Sequence record: PP681140.1
DNA length: 64,000 nt
From: Enterobacter phage EC152
Strand: one strand, 5' to 3'
The notes below the pieces were generated by a model. It was given only the letters and a program-made list of their open reading frames with translations. It ran no database searches and had not been told where the DNA came from. Each line of letters begins with the position of its first letter. Position 1 is the first letter of the stretch. The translations under genes and the position numbers were made by a program. Of this stretch, positions 47,079 to 55,475 are shown piece by piece.

Positions 47079-48125
47079 TTACAGAGGACTCTCGTTCAGT
47101 TTCTGCATGTACCAGCCACGAGATTTGTTGCTGATAAATTTAGCAACGTCCTTCATGGTCAGAGAGTTAGCTTCCAGCACATCGCCTTCTTCCTTGTTGA
47201 TGTCGCGGCTTACCCATGCAATGAATTCACCGATTTTGGTCTGATCGAGACCGACTTCACCAAGGCCCTGCTCCAGACGGTTTTCAGTCACAGCGTACTC
47301 AACGAACTCACGCATGTTCTGGAGCCGTACCGGGTCAACCTCTGCCAGAGTTTTCACCTTGGATACAGAGTGCTTCTCACCCTTCACCTTGAACCACAGA
47401 CCGGAGTCTTTAGCCAGTTCTGGTTGCAGTGGGGACCAAACGATACCCTCACCTACACCCTCAACACCAAAGTGTTTACCAACCGGGCAGGATGCTTCTA
47501 CCTGCATCGTCAGGGTTGTCAGATCGTTCTGTACCTGCTCAGGTTCATTGAACGGAATATTCACGGACCAGAAACCGAAGTCAAGAACACTGAAGATACG
47601 CTCTTGTGGCAAGCCGATCCCGTACTGGAAGTTTGGCGGCATCCAGTTGAGGGCGTTGCCCTCTTCATTGCGACCAACAGCAACACGGAAGATCGTGAAG
47701 AAAGGTTCAACTTCGCTTACAGCGACACCCTTCTGGATACCACGACCAGCCCACTCGCCAGCGATCTCAACCGGGAAGGAGAACGGTGTACCATTGCATT
47801 CGCACAGGTATTTAACCTGCTCCAGAAGCTCTTTGGTGTCTTTACGCACCATGAACGCAGCAAAGCCGCTGTTGTCGTCACCGACCTGAACAATGCGCTC
47901 TTTGGACTGGAAAACAACCTCGTCTTCAGAGTGGAAGACAATGCTGCCATTAGTTCCGTGGATCTTCACCGTACCAATGTACGGGATCAGATACTGATCA
48001 GGGGAAACAACTTTACGCTTGATGTTGCCATTATCATCAATACCATCAAAGGTCAGACGATCATGGATTGCCTTGATCACCTGACGGAACTGATGAGTGC
48101 TTGGGTATTTAATAGGTTTAGTCAA
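47079..48125 (-). CDS. RNA ligase, Rnl2 family
   Basis: 348 aa; nucleotidyltransferase motif I VKIHGTNGS (KIHGTN as in T4 Rnl2); TTG start 6 nt after AAGGAG. Confidence 0.65.
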   Translation of the reverse strand: MTKPIKYPSTHQFRQVIKAIHDRLTFDGIDDNGNIKRKVVSPDQYLIPYIGTVKIHGTNGSIVFHSEDEVVFQSKERIVQVGDDNSGFAAFMVRKDTKELLEQVKYLCECNGTPFSFPVEIAGEWAGRGIQKGVAVSEVEPFFTIFRVAVGRNEEGNALNWMPPNFQYGIGLPQERIFSVLDFGFWSVNIPFNEPEQVQNDLTTLTMQVEASCPVGKHFGVEGVGEGIVWSPLQPELAKDSGLWFKVKGEKHSVSKVKTLAEVDPVRLQNMREFVEYAVTENRLEQGLGEVGLDQTKIGEFIAWVSRDINKEEGDVLEANSLTMKDVAKFISNKSRGWYMQKLNESPL

Positions 48126-48483
48126 TTTTAGACTCCTTATTTGGTACGACAGCTTGTGTGATCAGGTTGTCAAGGTCGTCAAACCAACCTGGGGTACTTA
48201 GGAACATTGCCAGGTTGACAGACTCCAAACAGTAAGCACTGTTCATCGTAATAGCATATACCTTGCCGTTTTCGAACAGCAGGTTTTGTACCGTAGAAGT
48301 ACGGATCGGGCCATTGTCAAATCCACGGTTGTGGTGGTCTCGCCCTGCCAGGAAGCCGCAGATGCAACGAGGCCAAACCTCAACAAACGGACGGGCATTT
48401 ACGATAACACCAGCATAGCGTTTACCGCCAATTTCTACTACTGTTTGTGGTGCAATACCATCTACAGATTTACTCATTGTCAT
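48118..48483 (-). CDS. hypothetical protein
   Basis: start moved to ATG 48483 (MTMSKS…) from GTG 48522. Confidence 0.45.
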   Translation of the reverse strand: MTMSKSVDGIAPQTVVEIGGKRYAGVIVNARPFVEVWPRCICGFLAGRDHHNRGFDNGPIRTSTVQNLLFENGKVYAITMNSAYCLESVNLAMFLSTPGWFDDLDNLITQAVVPNKESKID

Positions 48484-48742
48484 TACTCTTCCCCTCAAAT
48501 ATATATCGTACAAGAAGTTCACTAATTTGAACTATGACATAACGCGTTTGTTCATCAAACTTAACCTTCACCGGACGATCCCCGTTATTAGGATCATAGA
48601 CGGTCTTGGAGCAAAGATTCCATGCGTTCTTAGCCGCTCCGGTGGTGACCCATCCAATCTTTGTACCGTTCGAGTTCCAAAGCTTACCCTCTTGAGTATC
48701 GTATATGACGAATACTGAGTCAAGGTGTTTTTTAGACTTCAT
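48470..48742 (-). CDS. small protein, tandem paralog of 48732..48974
   Basis: shared motifs F.I.DT…W.S.G…KFxEQTR..IV between the two adjacent genes. Confidence 0.45.
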   Translation of the reverse strand: MKSKKHLDSVFVIYDTQEGKLWNSNGTKIGWVTTGAAKNAWNLCSKTVYDPNNGDRPVKVKFDEQTRYVIVQISELLVRYIFEGKSNDNE

Positions 48743-48974
48743 GAGCAATAATCCCATCTGGTATGATCGCCACCCGGACAATCTTAAAGCGTGTTTGCTC
48801 ACCAAACTTACAGCGAAGCGGATTCTTTGCACTGGAAGAAAATGCTGTCTTAGCAATTCCAGAGGATGAATATGCTACACGGTTCATACCAGAGAACCAG
48901 AAAGAGTTGCTTTCAGTATCAAGAATAGCAAATAGCTCTTTCTGTTGCTCTGCGGATTTATGTTTGTAGTACAT
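48732..48974 (-). CDS. small protein, tandem paralog of 48470..48742
   Basis: 80 aa ORF. Confidence 0.45.
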   Translation of the reverse strand: MYYKHKSAEQQKELFAILDTESNSFWFSGMNRVAYSSSGIAKTAFSSSAKNPLRCKFGEQTRFKIVRVAIIPDGIIAHEV

Positions 48975-49174
48975 TATTCCTCCAGTTTCCAGCCGCGTTT
49001 ATTAAGCCACTCGTCGATCTGAATCCCGTTGCCATCACCACTTGGCTTCTCAGCACCAAGCAATAACACAACAAAGCTCTGTCCACGAGGGGCTGTATAT
49101 GAGAACACTGTGTTCCCAACATGAAGGTCGATCTTTTTGGTATGTGCGACCATACCGTCTTTTAGTTCAATCAT
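48974..49174 (-). CDS. hypothetical 66-aa protein (alternative: full 138-aa ORF 48974..49390)
   Basis: ATGA junction with 49171..49353; N-terminal part of the 138-aa track ORF overlaps a better-supported small membrane ORF in another frame. Confidence 0.35.
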   Translation of the reverse strand: MIELKDGMVAHTKKIDLHVGNTVFSYTAPRGQSFVVLLLGAEKPSGDGNGIQIDEWLNKRGWKLEE

Positions 49175-49353
49175 TTCCAGTTCCCATTGAAAAGCCGCAG
49201 CACCAGGAGGTTCATGAAGTACAGGGGCCAAAGCAGGCCCATGAACACACCACCAAAAAGATCCATAGTGTCTAATCTCCAGAATTGCTGCGCTCTTTTC
49301 ATGAAGATATAAAACCCTACGAATCCGAACAGAAGATAGATAATACCAACCAT
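49171..49353 (-). CDS. 60-aa hydrophobic membrane protein
   Basis: GGAG SD before ATG 49353; two predicted TM helices. Confidence 0.4.
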   Translation of the reverse strand: MVGIIYLLFGFVGFYIFMKRAQQFWRLDTMDLFGGVFMGLLWPLYFMNLLVLRLFNGNWK

Positions 49354-49847
49354 CACTTTTTCTCCGGCAGGATATAAACCGTGACATCACAATCGAAGAA
49401 GATTGATTTGATCATCGCTTCGATGACGTTCCAGTCACCACCTGCCAAACCAGCCCCGATTTTAGGAAAGCCGATTTTGTAGTCAGCCACAGAACCGTCT
49501 GTAAAGCTCTGTAAGGCCTTCTTCATCTGATCCAACGAATCATACAGGGCATTGTAATCGAGGTCACGTAGGCCCTGTTTACGGCGATTATAGCCATATT
49601 GTGAATACAGATTAAAACCAGCAGCTTCGCCGTCTTTCAGGAAGGCCATTGTGTAGGTCCCAAGTTTGGCTTTATCACCCTTTTCGGTCTTCAGATCCGC
49701 AGCGTACATTTTCGGGAACGCTTCTTTGATCAGTGGGGCAATACCGCTACCCATCGTGCAATAACAGTTGCAGCCATGCGCGAACACGTTCACTTCCCCG
49801 TTCTTGACGGCCTCGATCAGGTCACCAACTTTGTATTTGAAGCTCAT
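49353..49847 (-). CDS. macro domain protein (ADP-ribose binding / de-ADP-ribosylating, Poa1p/TARG1-like)
   Basis: 164 aa; VFAHGCNCYCTMGSGIAPLI matches macro-domain HGCNC…MG.GIA signature. Confidence 0.55.
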   Translation of the reverse strand: MSFKYKVGDLIEAVKNGEVNVFAHGCNCYCTMGSGIAPLIKEAFPKMYAADLKTEKGDKAKLGTYTMAFLKDGEAAGFNLYSQYGYNRRKQGLRDLDYNALYDSLDQMKKALQSFTDGSVADYKIGFPKIGAGLAGGDWNVIEAMIKSIFFDCDVTVYILPEKK

Positions 49848-50017
49848 TGCACTTCCTCACATTCATCAGGATAGACAACGATATCCATCCCCTTCCACTC
49901 ACACATATAGTGGTCAAGGAAAGAACCATTATATTTCTCACTCACCACTTCAAGAACATCACCTGAGCGTGGCTCTTCAGGATGGGCGCTGTAGTGTTTC
50001 ATCATCTTAACTTTCAT
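49844..50017 (-). CDS. 57-aa protein, below ORF-track cutoff
   Basis: GAGGAG SD 6 nt before ATG 50017; stop overlaps macro gene start (ATGA). Confidence 0.45.
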   Translation of the reverse strand: MKVKMMKHYSAHPEEPRSGDVLEVVSEKYNGSFLDHYMCEWKGMDIVVYPDECEEVQ

Positions 50018-50190
50018 GCACAACTCCTCTCTATGAAAGCAGCCATGCTCTCACGAGCTTCTGCTTTGGTTTTAGCACAGACAACGAATACTCGATGTCC
50101 TTTGTAGGTGTATCCTCCCATAACAAGGTTGGCGGTGTCAAGCCACAAACGCTCGTTTAGTTCGGATTTCTGGAATTTAAACTTCGCCAT
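50014..50190 (-). CDS. 58-aa protein, below ORF-track cutoff
   Basis: ATG 50190 overlaps upstream stop (TAATG); stop overlaps next start (ATGA). Confidence 0.4.
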   Translation of the reverse strand: MAKFKFQKSELNERLWLDTANLVMGGYTYKGHRVFVVCAKTKAEARESMAAFIERSCA

Positions 50191-50609
50191 TATTCCACCC
50201 TAACAAAAAGATCGGGGTAGGCCTGGTAAATTTCATTCTCAAGCAGGGCGAGAGCTTTTAATCTACGAGTACGGTCTTGGTTCCAGCCAAACTCCTTAAC
50301 CTCGTTAGCTAAAGCCTGCACCCTGTTAAAAGCAGGAAGGAAAGTCTGACGGTCGCCATATACTGTACAGTGCGTAAAGAAACAGATCATCGCCTCAATA
50401 TCGAACCAGTGTGGCTGATATGCCTGTACTAACTCATTAGCATCTTCAACGTTTTTGAAATGCTCTTCCGTAATTTGTACAGTCTCTTCTCTTTTTAGGA
50501 TGCTATCACACCCCGCCTGGAATGCAAGACATTCCTTAAACCCTGGTGGGATATCTTTGCCTTCGTCAGGCAACGCGATCTCGTCAGGATTCCAAAAATT
50601 TCTTACCAT
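50190..50609 (-). CDS. hypothetical protein
   Basis: 139 aa. Confidence 0.55.
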   Translation of the reverse strand: MVRNFWNPDEIALPDEGKDIPPGFKECLAFQAGCDSILKREETVQITEEHFKNVEDANELVQAYQPHWFDIEAMICFFTHCTVYGDRQTFLPAFNRVQALANEVKEFGWNQDRTRRLKALALLENEIYQAYPDLFVRVE

Positions 50610-50896
50610 AATTCCCCCTTCATCAAAACAATGTGGTTACGTTGAGCAAAGTCACGAACAAAATGGACATACTCTTTATCGTGCTCGGAGATTTTAGCCA
50701 GAATCGCTCCAGCAGATTCACCCGCTGTCCATGACGACTGGCAGAAACCATTGTCTTCACGAATGCGACAGTTCTTTGCATCAGGTCCATACTGATCCTT
50801 CACGTAGTCAATATCAAGGGAGCCAAGACGCACAAGGCGATCATCCCCCTCTTTATCAACAATGTAGATATAACCGAAACCAGGTCTGCGACTCAT
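50603..50896 (-). CDS. hypothetical protein (weak GIY-YIG-like N-terminal pattern GYIYIV…RLGS)
   Basis: 97 aa. Confidence 0.45.
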   Translation of the reverse strand: MSRRPGFGYIYIVDKEGDDRLVRLGSLDIDYVKDQYGPDAKNCRIREDNGFCQSSWTAGESAGAILAKISEHDKEYVHFVRDFAQRNHIVLMKGELW

Positions 50897-51045
50897 GCTT
50901 TGCTCTCCACATAGTAAGGTAAGCGCTTGATCAGATCTTCAGGAGCGCCGCTCTCTGTCCAAGTAAGGCCTTGGTCACCAGACACATAGCCTTTACCATT
51001 GACGAATTTACGCCAGACATTACGGAATTGGTTTTTATAGATCAT
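50893..51045 (-). CDS. 50-aa protein, below ORF-track cutoff
   Basis: ATGA overlaps at both ends (51045/51042 and 50896/50893). Confidence 0.4.
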   Translation of the reverse strand: MIYKNQFRNVWRKFVNGKGYVSGDQGLTWTESGAPEDLIKRLPYYVESKA

Positions 51046-51227
51046 GGATTATCCCCAAAAATAAGTCCAACCAAAAGAATTATTGAGCAAATCAAAGGTA
51101 GCCCAAAGATCAGCACCGCAACGGGCCATGCATTGTGGAACACCATACCACAATCAGTGCAGACCGAATCACCATAAGCCCCTGGCTTAGAATGGTCAAC
51201 CTTTTTACGATTTTTATGTTTACACAT
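51042..51227 (-). CDS. small zinc-ribbon-like membrane protein (MCKHKNRKK…CTDCGMVFHNAWP + TM)
   Basis: trimmed from track ORF 51042..51377, which overlaps 51220..51447 in another frame. Confidence 0.35.
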   Translation of the reverse strand: MCKHKNRKKVDHSKPGAYGDSVCTDCGMVFHNAWPVAVLIFGLPLICSIILLVGLIFGDNP

Positions 51228-51447
51228 TTTCAATGATACTCCAGCCTTCATCCTGCCAGGCTTCTCCACGATACCAGCCTGCCATAGGGCAACCGTCTTC
51301 TGCGTAGATGCGTCCACCAACCATTTCAAACCACTCATCGCTGGTGAAATATTGGTTTCGTACACGCTTACCTTCACGCATTGCTTGCTTTGCTTGTTCC
51401 CAGGTTAAGTTATGCACGGTATTTCCCCTTCTTGTTTTTGAATGCAC
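51220..51447 (-). CDS. hypothetical Trp-rich protein (GTG start in track; ATG 51381 alternative)
   Basis: 75 aa ORF. Confidence 0.4.
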   Translation of the reverse strand: MHSKTRRGNTVHNLTWEQAKQAMREGKRVRNQYFTSDEWFEMVGGRIYAEDGCPMAGWYRGEAWQDEGWSIIENV

Positions 51448-51751
51448 TGGAGATCTTCTGACCTGACAGGAATTTCGGATTTGTCAGACGAGATTCAAAG
51501 GACTGACGGACCTTGTGTGCCAGTTTAGAGCAGTAGTCCCCGTCAGACAGCGCTTCCTGGTTCGCTTTAACGCGGATACGCTTCACACTCGGAACGATGG
51601 TCAGACCACCAAAGCCGTCAATATAATAGAACTCAACATCATAACCACCAGTGGTCAGTTCGTTGAAGATTGGGAAGGTCTGTTGCAGTGCTTCTTTATG
51701 TGCAAGAGACATCAGACGTTGTTGGTCGTTCAAAGTTTCAGTGATTTGCAT
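51410..51751 (-). CDS. hypothetical protein
   Basis: ATG 51751 with GAGGA SD; preceded by minus-strand UUCG terminator. Confidence 0.5.
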   Translation of the reverse strand: MQITETLNDQQRLMSLAHKEALQQTFPIFNELTTGGYDVEFYYIDGFGGLTIVPSVKRIRVKANQEALSDGDYCSKLAHKVRQSFESRLTNPKFLSGQKISSAFKNKKGKYRA

Positions 51752-51786
51752 TGAGTTTATCCTCGTTTTGTTTGTATGCGTAAACA

Positions 51787-51808
51787 ATAACAGCCCCCGA
51801 AGAGGCTG
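51787..51808 (-). terminator. minus-strand terminator with UUCG tetraloop (CAGCCTC-TTCG-GGGGCTG + UUAUUGUUU)
   Basis: directly after stop of 51809..52498. Confidence 0.5.
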
Positions 51809-52498
51809 TCAAATGTTTTTCGCAGGTTTTTTAGATGATCCTCGGTTGTAGGGTATGCCACCCCACTCCATGTTCTCAATTATATACCCATTGAAGCATG
51901 TCTCATCTCCACATTCGTGCTGTGTTTTTGTCAGGAATGTTAGGTAATTTCGATCTTCTGTCACCATGTGTACACTGTACATTTCCCTGAACCTGTCACA
52001 TCGCAAGAGAGTTCCTGGGATGCTTACTTTATCCCTTGAAGGTTTGTAATAGCTAGCCCGATCCTGAATAGACAGGTACGCACCAAGACAAGCCGCCTTC
52101 AGAGAGCAAGAGACCTTCAGATTATCAAAATCACCCCCGTTGATATACCACAGCAGGAGGGGTGGAGGACAATCCTCAAAAGCAACACCAGCCCATTCAC
52201 CGAATGGGAATATTCCCCTTTCGATAAAATTAAGGTGTCTACGTTGTGCGTCTGTCTCCACCTCAACATAATTTCTTTTCTGCTTTAGGTCTATGTTTTT
52301 GTCGTAACTTTCCTCTCCCAACAAAGGTAAAGACCTTTTAAAATAGTCTTCAGCAGCAAATTCGGGACTGTAGTTCTCCGAACCAAGGGAGATAATAGGG
52401 GCATAAGCCCACTCATCACCACTGTTCAGGCAGAGTTTAAGCTCATAAAACCCAAGCTCATGCTGTTGACGATAAAGAATCCAGCGATCTCCAGACAC
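51809..52498 (-). CDS. hypothetical protein (GTG start)
   Basis: 229 aa; GGGGAG SD. Confidence 0.55.
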   Translation of the reverse strand: MSGDRWILYRQQHELGFYELKLCLNSGDEWAYAPIISLGSENYSPEFAAEDYFKRSLPLLGEESYDKNIDLKQKRNYVEVETDAQRRHLNFIERGIFPFGEWAGVAFEDCPPPLLLWYINGGDFDNLKVSCSLKAACLGAYLSIQDRASYYKPSRDKVSIPGTLLRCDRFREMYSVHMVTEDRNYLTFLTKTQHECGDETCFNGYIIENMEWGGIPYNRGSSKKPAKNI

Positions 52499-52507
52499 AA
52501 CTCCCCC

Positions 52508-53716
52508 TTAATTCACGATTGCATCAACACCGTCAGAGAAGTTTTTACGGTACTCAGTGATAATCTCCATGACCACGGGGTATTTCTGGAGCAGTTTAGC
52601 AGGTAAACGCTCACGGTTCCCGGACATTAAGATCGCTTTACCGAAGGAGTTCTCCTGGATGAACGACATGAACACAGAACTAACGAAGTCACGGTTGGAT
52701 GCCGTATCGTGCTGCCCGAAGTTATCATACATATACTTCAAGAAGTTCGCAGCGAAAGCAATCACCTCATCGTCGGTGTACTCTTTGTTCTGGATCGCCT
52801 TGCGTAACCAGATAGACCCCTGAGAGCCGAGAGTCCACAGGATATCCGAAGAGTCAGCACCCGTATGTTTGGTGAGTTCACCACTCATAACATCCTGGAT
52901 GGAGACCATCTTCGAGATACGGGTGTGGTATTCCCACAACTCATTAGCCAGAGGCTTACCAATACTGCCCTGCAACGATGCCAGCGCCAGACGAGCAGAC
53001 AACAGGTTAGCGTCATAATCGTACAGGATATCACTTGCCGTTACCCAGGTGCGTGGTGTGGCATATGAAGGGGAGTTAATCTCCAACATCTCTTCATAGT
53101 TCTCAATCTTACCGGGGTTTGCACTCACAAAACCAACCACAGATGGATGGACATCGTTGTGCATTGCATAGTCCTGCAACCAGACAGTTGTATCGTAATC
53201 CAGTTCCACGAGAATCATACGGTTAGCAAGCGGAGCTTCCAGCATACTTACCGCAGTACCATCACCAGGGCGGTTACCTGCACCCGCAAACACAGCGCCT
53301 TCCGGGAACTTGTATGTACCGATCTTGTGATCAAGCATGATCTGATAGGCAACTTTCTGGAGATATGGCTCCGCGTGGAGCAATTCATCCAGGAATACAA
53401 TACCCTTCCAGTCCGGGTCATCAGGCCAGAAGCTTGGAATAGCGTACACAGTGCGTGTAATACCATTGTCGTCGGTTACGGGGATCTGCACCCCAACAAC
53501 GTCAGATGGTTCTTTATCCGCAAGACGGAAGTCGATCAGGTTATCATCGCGGTCACCAAACATCATGTTAGCCACTTGCTTCATTGCTTGGCTCTTGCCA
53601 AGACCAGCACCACCAAACATCATCAGGGCGCGTCCACGACGCTGGCAGAACTTCATCAGATCAGGAACATCCCGAAGTGTGATACGGTTCTCATCAAAAA
53701 TGTTACGACTCGACAT
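52508..53716 (-). CDS. MoxR/CobS-like AAA+ ATPase
   Basis: ATG 53716 with AAGGAG SD (track start 53737 is TTG); Walker A GGAGLGKS, Walker B VFLDELLHA. Confidence 0.6.
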   Translation of the reverse strand: MSSRNIFDENRITLRDVPDLMKFCQRRGRALMMFGGAGLGKSQAMKQVANMMFGDRDDNLIDFRLADKEPSDVVGVQIPVTDDNGITRTVYAIPSFWPDDPDWKGIVFLDELLHAEPYLQKVAYQIMLDHKIGTYKFPEGAVFAGAGNRPGDGTAVSMLEAPLANRMILVELDYDTTVWLQDYAMHNDVHPSVVGFVSANPGKIENYEEMLEINSPSYATPRTWVTASDILYDYDANLLSARLALASLQGSIGKPLANELWEYHTRISKMVSIQDVMSGELTKHTGADSSDILWTLGSQGSIWLRKAIQNKEYTDDEVIAFAANFLKYMYDNFGQHDTASNRDFVSSVFMSFIQENSFGKAILMSGNRERLPAKLLQKYPVVMEIITEYRKNFSDGVDAIVN

Positions 53717-53945
53717 TAGTTTGTCTCCTTTGTTCAAGATAGTTTTCGATTATCCCCTCTACATCTCCGGGGTCGATATCATTGTATAGGGTATGGATTC
53801 TCTCTGCAAGGTCTTTTGGCAATAACTTATCTGTTTGATGCACCCTACCAGCACCAAAAACCACATACCATGCACGACGACTCAGGCGGTGCCGTTGACG
53901 AGGAACGTCCCTGTTAAAATCTAAAGGCTTCACTTCTCCACCCAT
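53703..53945 (-). CDS. hypothetical protein
   Basis: 80 aa. Confidence 0.45.
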   Translation of the reverse strand: MGGEVKPLDFNRDVPRQRHRLSRRAWYVVFGAGRVHQTDKLLPKDLAERIHTLYNDIDPGDVEGIIENYLEQRRQTNVES

Positions 53946-54301
53946 ACTCGATTCTCATCACACCAGTTGTAAAGATCTTTCATGATGTCGTTGAACTCCC
54001 GCATCGGCGTATAATGGCGGATCGGATCTGCATCATGCCCCTCTGCCTCACACTCCGCAATGGAAGCCTTCCACTCAGGATATGTGGGGACATCCCGGAA
54101 ATAGATTATAATATCAACGAGATCTGCATCACACTGAACGCTTTCGTAGCTTGCCTTGTTTGGAAATTTGAATTCCAGACGACGAGCAATCTCTTTCGCA
54201 AGCTCATGAACTGTTTTATCAGTCCAATCCTCCGGACCACATTCGCCGTTACGCTTTCTCCACACATCATCAATGCGGAGGGTTTGTTTCCACTCAGCCA
54301 T
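53930..54301 (-). CDS. hypothetical protein
   Basis: 123 aa; GAGGA SD. Confidence 0.55.
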   Translation of the reverse strand: MAEWKQTLRIDDVWRKRNGECGPEDWTDKTVHELAKEIARRLEFKFPNKASYESVQCDADLVDIIIYFRDVPTYPEWKASIAECEAEGHDADPIRHYTPMREFNDIMKDLYNWCDENRVWVEK

Positions 54302-54782
54302 TGGTTATTTTCCTCAATTCAAATTCATCACCATACCCGATCATATGCCCTTTGGCAGTGATCACCTTTTCTCCGAACACGCTGCCAGTGCATTTACCAA
54401 TGAAAACTTCAGGCATATCTTCCTCAGACAGGAGAATATCCACCTTGAACTTGCCCTGGTAGTGCCTTGCATTGTAATGCGGTCCTTTATCATCTGTTTT
54501 GTGCCAGCATTTGCCGTTCCAGCGATATTTATTGTGTTTGTACCACGCATATGATACCCAGTTATCCTGCGCTATGTGGTCCACCCTGACAGTAATCAGT
54601 CGGCCTGTACTGCGAAGAAGGTCATCATATTGCTTTTCGTATAACTTCGCACGATTTTTCATATCGTTGTAATAATTCTGATAACGATCCGCCCTGTTGA
54701 CCATAACCTTGAGGATATTCTCGATTGGTGTGCCTTTCTCAAGGTGTTCTTCATAAAGCTGTTTGCTTGATTTGATATTCAT
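54294..54782 (-). CDS. hypothetical protein
   Basis: 162 aa; AAGGAG SD 5 nt upstream. Confidence 0.55.
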   Translation of the reverse strand: MNIKSSKQLYEEHLEKGTPIENILKVMVNRADRYQNYYNDMKNRAKLYEKQYDDLLRSTGRLITVRVDHIAQDNWVSYAWYKHNKYRWNGKCWHKTDDKGPHYNARHYQGKFKVDILLSEEDMPEVFIGKCTGSVFGEKVITAKGHMIGYGDEFELRKITNG

Positions 54783-54991
54783 TTAAGCTCCTTAATGGAT
54801 TCCAGGTCAAGGTAGTCATCACCACCAACCACTTTCCCGTCAGTTTTACGATACTTCACGACTTTCCCAGTCTCTGAATGCTGGTAAGACAGCCAGTAAC
54901 GAGATGTTTCGCGAAGTTTCTCAGTCCACTCCCAGCCGAGACGGGGTTTTTTGACTGTACCTTTGTGGGTGTAGCCTTGATTTCTGGACAT
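54779..54991 (-). CDS. hypothetical protein
   Basis: 70 aa; AGGAG SD 6 nt upstream. Confidence 0.5.
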   Translation of the reverse strand: MSRNQGYTHKGTVKKPRLGWEWTEKLRETSRYWLSYQHSETGKVVKYRKTDGKVVGGDDYLDLESIKELK

Positions 54992-55212
54992 TCTTTGCTC
55001 CTGTATAGAGTCACTTTGTAAAGGTTCTGATCGTAAACCAAAAACGGTCTTGACACTGGGCCGCTCAATTTGTATCTGCGATTAACATGTATGTAGCCAC
55101 GCTTCTCAAGTTTGAGAACGAGCTTACTCACTTTCCACGAAGGAATTCCCAGCAGGAACCCCATCTGTTTCTGAGTATACTTGTTTGTACGGAGCAGTGT
55201 CAAGAGGTTCAT
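54856..55212 (-). CDS. winged-helix (MarR/DNA-binding-like) protein
   Basis: MNLLTLLRTNKYTQKQMGFLLGIPSWKVSKLVLKLEKRGYIHV; overlaps 54779..54991 by 136 nt in another frame. Confidence 0.4.
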   Translation of the reverse strand: MNLLTLLRTNKYTQKQMGFLLGIPSWKVSKLVLKLEKRGYIHVNRRYKLSGPVSRPFLVYDQNLYKVTLYRSKECPEIKATPTKVQSKNPVSAGSGLRNFAKHLVTGCLTSIQRLGKS

Positions 55213-55475
55213 GGTTGTTTTTCCACATACACCGTCTTCCACTCACATTGGTAAACCTGCGTGGTTTGAGGTCTCCAACTGTCAGGGATTAGCAGGTGTG
55301 CTTGAGTGAAAAACAGCGTGTAGTACGCGACCACGCCTAAAATAAACACTGCGGCAACCTTACCCGGCATTGTGGGACCGTACTTCCTTTGCATTATGAA
55401 GGTGACCCCAACAGGGATAACCAACAAAATTATAATGAACATAAAGACTAGGATTAAAAGATGAAATGTTGACAT
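55209..55475 (-). CDS. membrane protein
   Basis: 88 aa, two TM helices. Confidence 0.55.
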   Translation of the reverse strand: MSTFHLLILVFMFIIILLVIPVGVTFIMQRKYGPTMPGKVAAVFILGVVAYYTLFFTQAHLLIPDSWRPQTTQVYQCEWKTVYVEKQP

